From positions 97,216,001-97,280,000 of the forward strand of contig OZ024746.1 of the NCBI GenBank assembly GCA_964016885.1: 64,000 nucleotides of DNA, written 5' to 3'. Positions 38,698-54,143 of this stretch are shown one piece after another. Under the pieces are notes generated by a model that was not told where the DNA came from, ran no database searches, and saw nothing but the letters and a program-made list of their open reading frames with translations. The DNA comes from Eledone cirrhosa. Lineage: Eukaryota. The position numbers and the translations under genes were made by a program. Position 1 is the first letter of the stretch. Each line of letters opens with the position of its first letter.

Positions 38698-41600
38698 CAA
38701 TATGAAACTCATGAATGCACTTCTCTATTTCATATCTAAAATCCTATTGGGGTTTTTTTTTTTTTGATCATGTCCATTTTATTGTTAAAAATTTCACCAA
38801 TAAAATTGTTATTGGTGTTTAGCTCCAGGCCAGTACTGACTGAACAGATCTCTGGGCAAAGGCATTCCAAGATTATTCTGCTCTTGTGTATATCAAGCAG
38901 TACATTGTCCAAGGTACCTTTCCTTTTTTTAAAAATATGGTTGGGTAGTATTATTTGAGGGAGATTTCATTGCTATAACTAATGGACTGACCAAGCTAAC
39001 AGAGACTGTCTTATTGGCTTGGTTACCAATATAGTTAGCTATTGTTTAATCCAATTTCAACCATGATTGAGCAGACATATAATGAAAGACAATTTAGCCA
39101 CCAACACCCTTCATTTTAGCAACATGAAGGAGTCCCTTTATTTGTTAAGATTTAAGGGCGTAATTTCAGAGAGATTTGGTTGTTATTTTTATTAGGTTGA
39201 GCAACAATGAATAAAAGGTCTCTTATTTGCTCTGCCAATATAGTTTCTATTAATGGTATAGACAAATGGCAATAATTATATAATTGCTAATTACAAAATA
39301 TATTCAAACTGAATTCAGAAAGATTCTATATGATAAAGATAGGGGAGATGTGAAATATCCATGATTAAAATTATTTTTCCACTAATGTTTCTTGTGAAAC
39401 ATTGCAATTTTGAAATATTTAAAATAAGTTGCCAAAGCTGTTTATATGCACATTGGAATAGGTGCACTGTATCTCTGCCTTTTGTAAGAGGCGACTAAAT
39501 GATTTGACACCAGGAAGGTCATTTGGCCATAAAGCATTACTTCAAAAAGGAGCCCATGATGAGTATGAAAACTGTCATAGGGCCTGCTAAGCTAAGATGT
39601 TTTAGAGTAGAAATTACCTTAAATGTTTATTGTATTTTAAAAGAAGTTGGCAATCCCATAAAAAGTAATCTTTGTATAATCTTTGTATAATCTTTAAAAT
39701 CTCTATAACTAAACAAAACATCATGTAAAGGAAACCCTTATTTTATCAGATGAAAGGCTTTAATTGAAGTATTAAGTATTAAAAATTTGCTGTATTAAAC
39801 CCTAAGCACGATGATAGCTTATTATTTGTAGGCCTCAAATTTTCCAACTTTTCTAACATATATGGTACAGTCCCATATGACATATGGCATTTCTTGGGCA
39901 TTGTAAGCATGGCAGAGCCCATCCCTCTCCAGGCCTGAGTACAGCAGATTTCTTGCAGAGAAAAATAGAAAGTGAGAGAAAGGAAATAAGAAAGAATTGA
40001 CCCCAGTACTAGACTGGTACTTTTTTTATTGACCTCGGCAGGATTTGAACTCAGAGAGCAGAGAGCCAAAATGAATACCATAACTATTCTACCCAATGTT
40101 CTAATGACTCTGCCAATTCGCCGCCTCATAACATAAACCATTAAAGGTAAAGTCTATCCCAAACTCAGTGGCCAGTGCTTAGTCTGTTTTCATTGAAGAT
40201 AACCAACTGGGAGTACCAAACTTCCCTCAGGAAATTTGTAACAGGCTTTCTTCCTTAACCGTATTTCTTTCAGCTGAGTGGACTGGGATAATGTAAAATA
40301 AAGTGTCTTGCTAAAAGACACCCCAATGCTTAGTTCAGGAATTGAATCCATGACCATGAGCCCACACCCTATCCACTAGGCCACATGTCTTCACAAAAAT
40401 ACTAAATAAAAGCTAATTATTGACAAATAATAAATTTTCAGTATGAGAAAATTATACTCAGTTAAAGTTTAATTTTAAGTCTATTTTAAAAATAATATGC
40501 TTATAGACTGCAATTGTGTCATAGATTAAATATTTACATTTTTATTTATTCTACCAAATAGAAAAATTATTACTCTACATCATACAGAAATTATTTATGA
40601 AATATACAAGAGTTTTATACATATTCTGTAACCCTTTTCTAGCAGTATCAATGAAGAATTTTGAGGGATTTACTAAAATCATTAATTATTTCATTACTAA
40701 CACGGTAATTCAACATATGGTTCTTATATATAATTGTGTTGGAAAATTTTAATTTAAATAGGAACCCATTAAAATTGGTGATTTTGTTTCACAAAACCAG
40801 AGCCAGTTTTGGACAGGTTGGTATCAAAACAGCAGCAAAAAAAGATAAATTTTCAAACTAGTTATGAATCTATTACTACGTGTTGATTAGACTTCACAAG
40901 TTAGTAAAATAGTTTATAGTTTTCAACTAGCAATAACCATGCCTAGGATAACCCTCATTGGCTATAGTACTGCCTCTGTACCTGAAGGAAAATAACATTG
41001 TTCCTGAAATCTATAATATTTTGTTAAGTAAGCTATGCGACATGGACCTAGATGATAAAACTTTATACAAATATTTAGGAAATCTGTTACCAAATGAAAT
41101 CATAAATACCAAATGGAATTTGAATTAAGTGTAAAATAATAAAAATGAGTTTCACTAACAAAATACTAATAGTTATTTACTAAGATAAATAAATAACAAT
41201 TATAATGGGAAAACATAGTTGCCTCAAAGTATATGATTAAAATAATAGTTGATAGTTATCAACAATAATTGGAAAAATTGAGTGGTTAGATTCCCTGCAG
41301 GAATCCCACATTTTTAGATCTTTAGAAGTATTTTACCCAATTTGTTCAAATACCATTGATAACTATTATTATAGTTATTGGCATTGCAGCGACTAATTTT
41401 CAAATTTCTCAATGCTTCGTAAGTCAACCCAATAATAAAGATTTTAATAAACTAGAAAATCTTTAACGATTTTGAAAATATCTAAAATATGAATAAAAGC
41501 TTCAATAATTTCAACAGATTTAAATGCAAGGGTACAATGTATGTCTTTAGATTAGGATGAAGATTTACAAAGATAGGTGAGTTTGTAGATGTAGTAGAAC

Positions 41601-43045
41601 ATTAAGCTATGGACATTTGATACAAGTTCAAATCCTTTCAGGGATACCTTTAGATTTTACCCCCAAACATGATGGATGAAAATATACAAGAAATATACTG
41701 GAGTTGATTCACTCAAATGTGTCCCTTCCATACAAATATTTGGTTTGTATCTATAAAAAAAAATAGTTCTCATTGAAATTTTATTTCAAATTTAAAATCA
41801 TCTATCTATATTGTCTATTTTGTGGCAACTATACCTGTCAGTTTGACATCTGAGATTTTAAGATGAAAGGCTTCTTTATAATGATGCCATTATCAAAATT
41901 ACCTTTATATGGCATATGTATTAGTATTTTAATAATATCCATCTTATTGGTTACTAGTTATATTTATTTGACAATTTGGAATGAATAAAAACTACTGCAC
42001 TCTCTCTTTCAGAGTTCAGAATAATGCTAAAAATTACTTTCAATAATTCAAATCAAGATGCTTCAAATTCAAATGAATAGATTATTTTTAAATTGAAAAT
42101 GTTTCCTCAACTGTTAGTTAAATTTAAAATTGTATCACAGTTAAAGCTGCCAACATATTTTTCCATTTAAAATATATTTTTGATGAAATCACACTTTATA
42201 AAGTGTTCACTGGATGGATTAATAAAACCTTACAGGTATTTAAAATTCTTCATATCATAATCCTGTAAGATTGTCTAATTCTTATCATTGTCATTAAAAT
42301 TAATTTTAGCTGCCTTCGTTTGTATGCACTTCTCAACTGTTTGTTTTGAAACTTTAAAATGATCTTCAGTAAATTTCATTAGGTAAAAATTGTACAACAT
42401 TGATACAGTTTTCATAAAGAACATGAAAGGTTTTACTGCAACCATGTTCTGGAGTTTTCTTTGTTTTTGTTTCATAAAATATTATATACCATTAAGATGA
42501 TATCTCAAAATAAGAGAAATTAATTAAATTAGATATGAGAAATATAATACATCAACATTTTAAAATTTAATACTGATGAATTTCTTATTTTTATTTACTA
42601 ATTTCATCATGATCATCATTTAATATCCACTTATCCTGCTGGCAATGGTAGGATGGGTCATCACAGACCAAGTCAGTAATTAATACGATCCGTTGATCTC
42701 TCTTTGATGGGCCAGAGGCCTCATCTCACATATATTCTCCCACTCTATAGATTGTGCTGTGTGATACCAGCACTAGGGAAGCCATGTTTGAGACACAATT
42801 GAAAATATGACAACCTCCCTAGTACTTGTGCCATGATAAAATACATGGGTCACTCTGTATCCAAATATTAGTAACTTCAATAGATTTTATTCAATTTCAG
42901 TAGCAAAAAGAGGAGGATGCGAATGAGTGAAACATTAAACATTACACTAATACACTATATGATGGCTTCTGAGTCAAGTCTATCAACTGAATGTTGAACT
43001 TGTGAATTAATGTGTTGCATATTCCACAGACACATGGAAACTTAC

Positions 43046-43269
43046 TCTTTACCATTTACATTACTCTATATTTACTATTGCATTTTCATAGTAAAGGATT
43101 AACCTCACATAATTATCTCACATAATATTGAATCTATGAGATTTTGATATTGTTTATTTTGAGAACAATACCTTAACATCAGTATAAGTGGCCAGTTTTG
43201 GTCACTTTGAACAGAAAGAGGTGAGAGAATTGTGGCCGAGTACGGCTGGTTGAAATGCGAAAAGGTTAA
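43046..43269. mobile_element. TTAA MITE copy
   Basis: ctttaccatttacattac ... aaatgcgaaaaggttaa. Confidence 0.75.
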
Positions 43270-44042
43270 TGTAATTCCCAAGTCAAATCCTATGACACAA
43301 TATTGTCACGGCTGGACTTTTGAATTATTGGAACAATCCATCCAACACATTTCTATATAGTTTCTCTTTTACCCAATTCACTCACATGGCTTGGGTCAAC
43401 CTGATGCTATGGTAAAGACATTTATGCAAGATACCATGTAGTGAGATCAAACCCAAGACCACATGATTGTGAAGCAAATCTCTTACTGATTTAGCTATGT
43501 CTGCATCCAGAATTATATGCTACATACTCCTATCTTTAGTGGCAATAGAGGATAAAGAATCTTATTGACTATTATTACTCACAAATCAATGACAACACAA
43601 TTGATTAGCAAGTAAACAAAACTGTACATCCAGTGTTATCAGAATAATACACCAATGCTCTGAATAATCTCATAAATTTAATTATCAAAATATTGCTCGC
43701 ATGTGAGCACTGATATAATTATGAAACTTTTTGGAATATAGAATAGGAAATTTATTTCAAAATGTAGGGTAGTATTTTATTTCTATTGATAATTAATACT
43801 GTTGTTCTTACTAATCTATTTCTCAAATTCTTTGTCTCTATTTGTATACATACATAGATACATACATATATATACATAGATACATAGATATATATATATA
43901 TATATTTACATATATGTATATACATATATATACATATATATGTATATGTATATATTTTCATATATGTATATACATATACATATATATAAATATATGTATA
44001 CGTATATGAATATATGTATATATATATATGCATATATATATG

Positions 44043-44081
<39 letters not shown>

Positions 44082-44119
44082 TTAAAAAAATAGAGGTGTG
44101 ACACACGAGTTGTGATATA

Positions 44120-44893
44120 TTAGTAAAAAGGAAAAGAAAATGCTGACAAATTTTCCCAGTGAAAAATAGTTTAATTAGGAATAAATATAAATTAGTAATA
44201 AATATTTGTTTCTACTTTAGGCACAAGGCCAGCAATTACCCAGTTCATTACTGGTACTTTATTTTATCGACCCCGTAAGGATGAAAGGCAAAGTCAACCT
44301 CGGCGGGATTTGAACTCAGATCGTAAAGGGACGTAACTATGCTGGAAAGCATGGCATCCGACCCTCTACCGATACTGCCAATCCATAAATATTAGTTAGT
44401 ATTCAGTTTTAGTTTTAGGTTTTTACAGGTTGCGCATTTCTTATGCTTTTCAAAAATAATTTTGAAATAGAGTGCTCGTGATTTTTGCTCTAATCTGATC
44501 AGTTTTGGAAATCTTCCTGTTTTATGTGAAAAAAGTGGCTTGGGAGGTATTAAGTTTGGTTGGTTATTAAATGTCACGTGAATAAACACTATAATTGGCA
44601 CGGAATTTATAGTGCTTATTCACGTGACATTCAACAACCAACCAATCTTAATACTTCCCAAGCCACTTTTTTCACATAAAACAGGAAGAATTTCCAAAAC
44701 TGATCAGATTAGAGCAAAAATCACGAGCACTCTATCTCAAAATCATTTTTGAAAAGCATAAATGCGCAACCAGTAAAAGCTTAAAACTAAAACGGAATAC
44801 TAACTAATACTTATTACTAATTCATACTTATTCCTAATTAAACTATTTTTCACTGGGAAAAATTTGTCAGCATTTTCTTTTCTTTTTTACTAA
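44120..44893. repeat. Long imperfect palindrome between TA tracts, left arm interrupted by a SINE
   Basis: 44120-44595 (minus the SINE) is the reverse complement of 44604-44893, with a spacer of about 8 nt. Confidence 0.92.
44207..44384 (-). mobile_element. SINE family B inserted in the palindrome arm
   Basis: TSD ATAAATATT at 44198-44206 and 44385-44393; absent from the mirror arm. Confidence 0.9.
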
Positions 44894-45233
44894 CATATAT
44901 ATATATATATATATATACATATATGTATATACATATATATATATGTATATACATGCATATATATGTATATATATATGTATATATTTACATAAATGTCTGT
45001 GCATATATATATATATGTATATATATATATATGTGTGTGTGTGTATATACATGCATATACATGTATATATTTACATATATATATATATATATATTATCAT
45101 GCATATATTTGTATATATTTACATATATATATACATGCATATAATTGTACATATTTACATATATATATATATATATACATCCATATATATATACACATAT
45201 ATATGCATATACATGTATAAATATGCATATACA

Positions 45234-45318
<85 letters not shown>

Positions 45319-45353
45319 ATATATATATATACATATATATATATGTGTGTGCG

Positions 45354-45390
<37 letters not shown>

Positions 45391-48220
45391 GTATGTATAT
45401 ATACATTTCATTTATCTATATAAATATGTGTATATGCACATGCATGAAAGCACATGCACACAAAAGAATGTATGATATGTATTTATGCATAATGTTTATG
45501 ATCTAGAAAATAATTCTCTTATTATTTTATTTTTATATTAAAAATAAGACCATTAATACTATGCTTACGTTTCTCTTTGAATAGCGTATAATTTTTTTAA
45601 AATAAAATGAAAATTGAACAATCATTTCAAACCCAGAGAAAATACAATACATTTTGATATAAATGGGTGATTAAAATATGAAGATTTTTTTTCCACGATT
45701 TTGATGTATTAAATGATATATTGAAACAAGGGTATAAAAAATTGTACGGAGAAAAATATAACAATAAAATGTATAAAAAATAAACTGAAAATAAAATATA
45801 TGCACCAAATAAATTAAATTGCTTTCCAAATAAACAGATTTGATTATAACACAGACGTGCTATTTGAGATCATTAAAAACTAAATCAAGCTGGTATCAAA
45901 ATGTACCAAAAAAATATTTCACATTACTTGACAAAATATAAACATTGATAAATTTATAGAGACCTTCACTCAGTGTGACAGTACAAAATAGAAAAAAAAT
46001 TCACAAACATCTTTTGATTTGAATTATTTCAGAAAAGTTGATTGGTTAAACAGTTGTGTTTGTTTATATTAACAAGCTTTATCAACAGTTTGTTGAAAGA
46101 TACGAATATGTATGCAGAAAGCTTCATTTTTTTTATCCACACTTCTAAGGAAAATGTAATAGAAATATATAAAACAGCATGATTTAATTGCAGAATCACA
46201 AGGCCAGCAATAAGCCTACAGTAATGAAACACAGTTGTGAAAGGAACAAATACAGCAGATCATAAGATAAACAGAACATATGTTTTCAATGTAGATTTCT
46301 CTGATAACATCTCTGACAAAACAAAATTAAATGATATGTCAGAGACATAGATGATCTAGCATTTATTAAAATACACTTCTAAGGAAGTAAACTTTTAATA
46401 AAATTAAACCATATCCAAAACAGGACAATTGAAATATATATTAAACGTTGTTTTTTGTTTTAAATGCCAACCATTTAATGATGAATTGGAAGAGCATTAA
46501 TCAAATAGACTGTGGTTTGTATTAATGGGGTTAAAATCAAACACAAGACAATTTTCTCTAACTAAAAATAATTAATAATTAATGAAAACAATACATGTTA
46601 GTCAACAATTGTACATAGAAATAAAGTTAATCACATAAAATGTACATTATTCTTTATCAGTCTAAGAGTATAAATATTTTACTTTTAAATATTTTATTTG
46701 ATTTTAATTTAACATTGTGAATTTGCCGATACACTTCACAGAATATTTAGCTGGTTTTATTTCTTCTTCAGCTATAATAAATTAAAATTTAAAAAAATAC
46801 AACCATAAAATACTTGATACATTACATAATTCAAAGTTTTCTAAAGAAAAGTCTAATGTTTATATCAAAATCCAACAGAACTAAATCCGATAGAACTAAA
46901 ATTACATTCACTATAATGTACACATAGAGAGACATGGTGTCATATATCTTTTCAGTTATAATTTATTGATATTCAATATTGACTCCAAAACAGGGATTGG
47001 CATGACAAGCTTGGTGCACCATTAGGAATTTGAATAGAATTATTCTTTGCTTATGAATAGAAAAAGTCAAATGAAATTGAAACTTTCAAATGACATTGAA
47101 ATATCAATCCACAGATCTTTTTTTTTTTCCGAAGAAAACTCAATTTCTCTATCGTAGTCTTAAGTATCATTACTACTGGAGTCACGAAACAGAATTTAAA
47201 ATGTCATTCAGTGATGATAATAAAAGTAAGTGAAACCAATATCTTGCACCAAAAGATAAATATTTTGATATATTGTCAACTTACTCCACTAGACATTTTC
47301 CCTCTAAATCTGTACTTGTTCAGAAATAAATGTAGCAGTAAAAATAATAGAGGAAATTTATAAAGCAAAGGTGACAAGAGAGATTATTTATATCTCTAGT
47401 AGTAAGACTTCATATAATAATCAGTTTTCATAATACCAAATTAAATTTCTCATTGACATAGAATCAAAATATTGAAAACATATCGATATTAATATCATAA
47501 TTCTGGAAACACTTTGGCAAATTTCTAAAATACTGACAATTTATAAAAGATAAACTAAGTTAAAATCCATATTATTATCTAGTAAATATTGAAAACAAAT
47601 TGTCAACATTGGGATAGTTAAACATATAGAAAATATACAATGTATAGCAGGAAAAAATCTATATCAGCTTCATTTAAGTTATGTGATTTTAATACATCGA
47701 AAATAAACGGAGATTACTTTACACATTTTATATATTTTATTCAAAGGAAGTGAAACAAAACTTTTCACCGAGATGCATATATATCAAGAGCGCAGCTTCA
47801 AACCTATGCTTATTGCCAAACGTTCTTTCTGAATATCCTTATCTTCACTCTATCCAGTAATATTTTAAGATCATAACTGACTGAATATACAATAAAAAGT
47901 TTTTACGCTTATTATGATCTGGCAGCATGCATTTTCTTCTAAGAATGTGGCAAATAGTGATAGGTGCTTTACTTAATAAAACAGCATGAAAGTTGTTAGA
48001 AGACACAAACTTGGAAAATATTAGCTATGTAAACCATATATAGCCATTATTCATCTTACTCCCTAATTGATAGTCATAAATATTCACTTGATATTTTATC
48101 TGTCTTCACCAGATAGTAATGATTTTCTTTGCGTATATAAGTTATGTTATTACCAGAAAAAACTGTTTATGAAAGGTTCAATAGAAAAGAAATAAAAGTG
48201 TCAATCTATCATATCCTTAC

Positions 48221-48351
48221 TCTCTGATTACTATTTATTGTTTGTGAAGATGGACAACTATTTGAACTATTCTCTTTATCGGCATTACCCATACTACAGC
48301 CAAATGAGCTGTAAACATCAGCTTGCTTTTGATCACGATAGATAAGGCAGA
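48221..48351 (-). CDS. Candidate exon of unknown product (may instead read through to the stop at 48209 as a terminal exon)
   Basis: Acceptor ttcattttcttcag, open frame CLIYRDQKQADVYSSFGCSMGNADKENSSNSCPSSQTINSNQR, possible donor GA|gtaagg. Lies in a repeat-poor block. No recognisable domain. Confidence 0.3.
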
Positions 48352-50944
48352 CTGAAGAAAATGAATACATAAATACTACTTTTACATTTACATTTGAATA
48401 TTGATTGAATATTCTGAAAATAATCTGATATATACTTTGTGGTTGGGGTAGTGTGTTAGTCACAAATGATACTGAAAGTATTAGTTTTTATTTAGTTTCT
48501 TATACAAGAGTTTTATTTACATGTATTGGACTAAAGAGGAGGACAACTACAAAGTGGAGGGAGGGATATTACTCCAACTTATTGAGATAAATAAAGGATG
48601 ATCTTTTAGAAAAGGAAGAAATCAATGCACTGGGTAGGCAATGAATTCACAACCTTTGGATTAGTCATTCAGAAGACATAAAGCACATTAATTAGCCACC
48701 TTATCTGTATTAAAAAGCAGCCATTCTATATTTGTATCTGAAATCCTAAGAAACTTCTTCCTCATTTTGATTTAAAATCCTCTTTTAGCATTAAATCATG
48801 CATATGGAAACCCAATAAAATAATTCACTGCAAAATATATTGAACTTTGTTTATGTTTTTTCTCTTGATTAATATTTAACTGATAGAAATAATTGATTTA
48901 TCCAAGTAACAGAGTGTTGCTTTTCTCTATTGAAAAACAAATGGTCAGAAAATGGAGTAATAACAACAGCATTCTTCAAAAGTAACCATATATGATGCAG
49001 TAAGTTATTCTAAAATCTGTAAAATATATTCTGTACTTTAAGAAGGATCAATATTATATTCTAGATAAAAATCATATATTTGATTATTTTGGAAAAATCC
49101 TATAAGTGTAATGGTAATTGAAAAGAAAAAGTGGTGCTTAAAAAATATTTTAAAATCTCATAAAAACTTTGTCGTAGGAAAGGAACATCTATTTTTTTTT
49201 AATCCATAAAAAGTATTCCATAATTTTTTAATGTAAATTTTTAAAGCTGACAGAATGAGAAGAAAGGTGGAAATATGTAGATATAAAGTAACTTCAATAT
49301 TGTCTACTTCAAACTTCTATTAAACTTTTCATATTTCCTTAGTTGATAGATTTTGTATTCATAGCTATGCCATAAACATATATATACATTATATATAAAT
49401 TTTTTGTCAATGTATTTACTTAACTAAAATAACATTGAAAATAAACAAACATCAATGAGCTACTTTGTTGAAGCCAGTTAATCCAATTGAATGCAAAAAG
49501 TAAATTGCAACAAAGCAAAATTAGATAATAACTAACTTCAAATACATGGCTAAATTCATCAATGTATAAAAACATTTATTTTAAAATGTTTACCTAAAAG
49601 ATAATAGAACAAATATATTACCAAATGTGAAAAGTAGAATTTGAGTAAATTTATCTCGAGTTTTTCAAAAATATCAACTTAGCCTTTATTAATCTTTGTT
49701 GAAATTTGAAAGCTACAAATATTTCAGTAATCTGTTTCTAGTATGAATTCTCTTAATAGAATAGTACACTTTATTAGCCATCAACCATTTACCTATGTTT
49801 ATCACAACCAATAAACTACCCACTAAAAAGTTTTTTGTTTAGGAAACCTCTTAGTAGAAAATTACAGAGTAAAAAGTTGATGAACGAACACAACAGTAAC
49901 AAACAGAGTTGATTATTGTGAAAAGAAATAATAAATTTTAAAAAGATTTTCAATTTTTCTTTACCATATGAATACAATGATTAGAACTTATTCAAAAGAA
50001 AGCATTATGATAAATGTCATTTATTAGTTTTCATTCTGTCAAGCCAACAATCTGCTTCAAATGATATATAGTCACTTGTAAACTTTCTGAAATGTTGATG
50101 CTATAAGTGTTATTTCTTTTATCTGACTAATATATGATTAATCTTTTAGGTAATAAATTTACAACTAAGTCCTCCAATATAACTATTTTTACCAATAAAT
50201 GAGTTGCTGCAAGATACAAAAGTGTTGAGGTTCTGATAAGTGCATTGCTTGAGAATAAATTGTATTCAGATTACTTATAAATAAATTTTATGAAATCAAA
50301 CCTATTATGTTGGTTAGAAATGTTGTTCGCTTTTTATTTTATTCAGATATATCTGATTTTCTTCCATACCATTTCTTTATAGAAAAAATACTATAAATTT
50401 CTATAAAATCTCTTCAGTGAAGGGGTCAATACATATTAACCAGACATAGTAATGTTTGAATGTTGATATTGTTTATCAAAGTTTACTAATACAAATTAAA
50501 GCCTCTTGCTGGGTGTAATATGGATTCTTTTTTAAAACATTGATTTCACACATCTAAATACTTATGAAGAGTAGTTAGGATGAAGAATTGCAGAAAGGAG
50601 CATATTTCAAGATTCTTAGTTCAAATTAAAATCAAATTTGATCTTATATGAAAATAAATATATAACAATCATACTATAACTAATTGATTGATGAAAGAAA
50701 TGTAAGTAATATAGGCAATGTGTTGATTTGCTTGTAATCTTAATATAATTTGTTTCCTAAGCTTAGCACACAATGACTTTCTTTTATTATAGTTAATAGA
50801 AAAAATTTATAGATTCATTTTTCTATACTCTTAAGCATACTAATTTAAATTGATGTTTTGGTATTTGTATAAGCATACAATATATATATATATATATGTG
50901 TGTGTATATATATATGTATGTGTATATATATATATATGTACGTG

Positions 50945-50984
<40 letters not shown>

Positions 50985-51269
50985 GATATATATATATATG
51001 TATGTATATATGTACATATATATATATGTATTTGTGTGAGTGTATATATGTATATATATGTATATATATATGCCTGTATTTATGTATATAATTGGAAATA
51101 AGCAATAACTGCTTTAAACATGGTTTCTTTATAATTATAGTTTCTATGGGAGTAACATATTCCAATTTACATAAATATGTATTGTAAGGAGTAGAAAGTA
51201 ACATAAAGAAATAGAAAATAACAATAATTTGGGAAAAGCAGTTATTGAAACAATACAATTTTTTCTTTT

Positions 51270-51632
51270 CCTTTTCATGAAGCCATTTTAGTGATTTGAT
51301 AGTTCTTAAAAACTGAGAGGATCAAAATACTTTTCTTTTTCAGCTGAATGATTAAAAAATATTCCAGAATATTATGCCAAAAGAACACTCCAGAAATAGA
51401 TAAGAAAATAGAAAAGTATTTTGAGATTTCCTCTTTCTGCACTTTTTTTGTTTTAAATATAACCTCTTCCTGTCCAAACCCTTCTCTTCCTACTAAATGC
51501 TGTTTGTACATTCCAGTAGCATTGGTTTTTCAGCTGAACGTTTTTTTTTCCTATTGTATTTCAAAATTTCCCTTTCTATGTGGAGTTTAAGGATAGGAAG
51601 GTAGCTAGGAGATCTTTTGATCACCCTATGTA
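51270..51632 (+). mobile_element. Possible decayed Tc1/mariner right end
   Basis: Ends cttttgatcaccctatgta, resembling a TACAGGGTGATCAAAAG-type TIR. No partner end found. Confidence 0.3.
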
Positions 51633-52269
51633 TTTATCCAATGGAAGTTGATTCTGAAAGAAAAACAAAAGGAAAATAAAATTCCAAGCACTGAATTATG
51701 AAGAGATTGAGATAAGCTTAACGGGTGGCAGAAATATTATGTTAATGCAATATAGTAAATTGATCTGCTTGCCCTGTTGTTCAATTTGTAATGACCGCTG
51801 AATGTGAGCTTTTAAATTAGATTTCATTGCAAGTGAAGTTTTACTATAATCTATCGTTAGGCAATTCTTGTGATGTCCAAGATTAAAAGAAAGATTAAAG
51901 AAATGCTTGATGTTTCTTTACTAACTTAAGATTAAAGTATCTCGATATTAATATAAAAGAAATTTTAGAAAATTTTCTTGTCACTTTATGGTTTGTCTGA
52001 AATACCATTGAAGGAATAAAAAAAAATAGAAACTAAAATATATATTTCATAAAATACTAAAGTGTAAATAAAATAAGATAAATTTGGATAAAAGACCAAG
52101 TAGTATTAACATGATACTAATGTTATACACACACACATATATATATGATATATATAATATACATATATGTATATATATGTCTATATATACACACATACAT
52201 ATATACATATATATGTAATATACCAGCAGCACAAGAAGGTAAAGCTATATATATATATATATATATATA

Positions 52270-53050
52270 CATCCAGACACACTCATACACATCAAAGTTG
52301 CAGTCTACTGGGTCTGTGTCACACACCACACTGCTTTACAATAACAAAGTCTACAGTCTCTACTGCAGACAAAATCAGTGTTTGGACACTTCACAGCTGG
52401 AGATGCATCATATACATCAAGTGGAAGGACCAAGCTACAAACTATGTGGTCTTGGCTCATGCCCAGAAATTCAACCTTTTCATCCTACTCTAACAATGAT
52501 ATCACCTCTGACTTTGTCATATCCACCACATGTCAGAATGATCTAGAAAGATTTGTTGTATTGCAAGCTGGCCTCCAACAAGAGAGTACAAAGTTTAACC
52601 AACCTCAATTTCAGAGATATTTGCAAAAGAGAGATAAAGCTCCTTTACCATTTACATTATTCTATATATACTATTATATTTTCATGGTAAAGGCTTTACT
52701 GCCCATCTCACATAATATCAAATCTATGAGATTTTGATATTATTTTTTTTGAGAATGATAACTTAACGTCGATACGAGTGGCCGGTTACAGCCAGTTTGA
52801 AAGGGTTAACATAGATAGTGAAAAGTTGGATAACATTGCAAACAAACACTTTGTATGGAGTTGGAACTAATTGGTGATGTTGAAACGAGGAAGGAAAAGA
52901 TAAAACTTGTTGCTGAAGAAAAGTGCACTCATTGAAATACACTGCAAGTGTGATTTACATTCAACTTAGACATCCTGTACAAAGTTTGTATTATGTCTAC
53001 AGATAGAAACCATGAAAAATCTTTCAATGGGGATATGGCTACAGGTCTTC
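52270..53050 (+). mobile_element. Decayed RTE/BovB-like LINE fragment interrupted by a TTAA MITE
   Basis: RCIIYIKWKDQATNYVVLAHA resembles RTE RRILxIxWQDKVTNxEVL. Sequence resumes after 52809. Confidence 0.6.
52644..52809. mobile_element. TTAA MITE copy, internally deleted
   Basis: tttaccatttacattatt ... aaagggttaa. Confidence 0.7.
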
Positions 53051-53269
53051 TTCAAAAGCACAAAGAAACAATCATTACACATATGATGTAAACATTCTTG
53101 TAGCTAAAGCTTTTCAGCTTTTCTTAACCTAAAGCAATTCTTATCTTAAGGAATAATTGCTCTGGGAGGTATGTTTCAAGATGGATTACATATACATATA
53201 CATCTCTCTCTCTTTCTCTCTCTCTATATATACATATACATATATATACATATGCATATATATATATAT

Positions 53270-53610
53270 ATCATCATCATTTCATTTTACGTCCGCTTTT
53301 TCCCTGCTTGCAAGGGTGGGACGGGAACTGATGCTGGCTTGATTTCTACAGCTGGATGCCCTTCCTAACACCAACCTCATTTACATAGTGAGTGGTGGGT
53401 GCTTTTTTGCCATGGCACCTCCACGACCACTTTGCAGTGGAATGATATGGACCCCAGTCCCTATCATCTCATTTCTACAGCTGAGTAAACTGGAGCAATG
53501 TGAAATAAAGTGTCTTGCTCAAGGAAACAATACATCACCCGGTCTGAGAATTGAACTCACAACCTTTCGATTGCAAGGCCAATGCTCTAACCACTAAGCC
53601 ATGTGCCTCC
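53270..53610 (-). mobile_element. SINE family A
   Basis: Full length, inside a TA tract. Confidence 0.9.
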
Positions 53611-53780
53611 ATTATATATATATATATATATATACATACACATATAAACATACATAATACATACATACATACATGCATGCATACATACATACATATATAC
53701 ATTATACATACATGTATACATATATACATACATACACATATACATATATACATACATACACATATACATACATATATATA

Positions 53781-53857
53781 TATTTCATAAAGAAGAGACG
53801 GTTTTAAACGTAGACAGAGGATGTACATTCAAAAGCGTCTCTCTTCTTTATAAAATA
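53781..53857. repeat. TA-associated imperfect hairpin
   Basis: tatttcataaagaagagacg ... cgtctctcttctttataaaata. Confidence 0.7.
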
Positions 53858-53996
53858 GAAACTCTGGTTGATACATTATCGATAACATTCTAAGGAATAC
53901 AAATTGCAGAGAGTTTTACATCTGTTTACAACGTAAGTCAGTGAATTATCTAATCAACCAACTTTCCTAAATTGAATAATATGTGTATATTTATTT

Positions 53997-54143
53997 ATTT
54001 ATTATTACTACAGATTAAAGTTCAAGCAAAGAATTGCTGCTTTACACTAATCCGTGATCTTCTGAAACAGTTTCAGAAAATTCTGGAATAGGGTGAAAGC
54101 AGTGATTCCTTGCTTAAACTTTAATTTGTAGTAATAATAAATA
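53997..54143. repeat. Diverged palindrome made of two inverted CAGAAGA hammerhead-like units
   Basis: Axis at 54069 (tctgaaac-a-gtttcaga). Both arms are homologous to 9620-9681. Confidence 0.85.
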
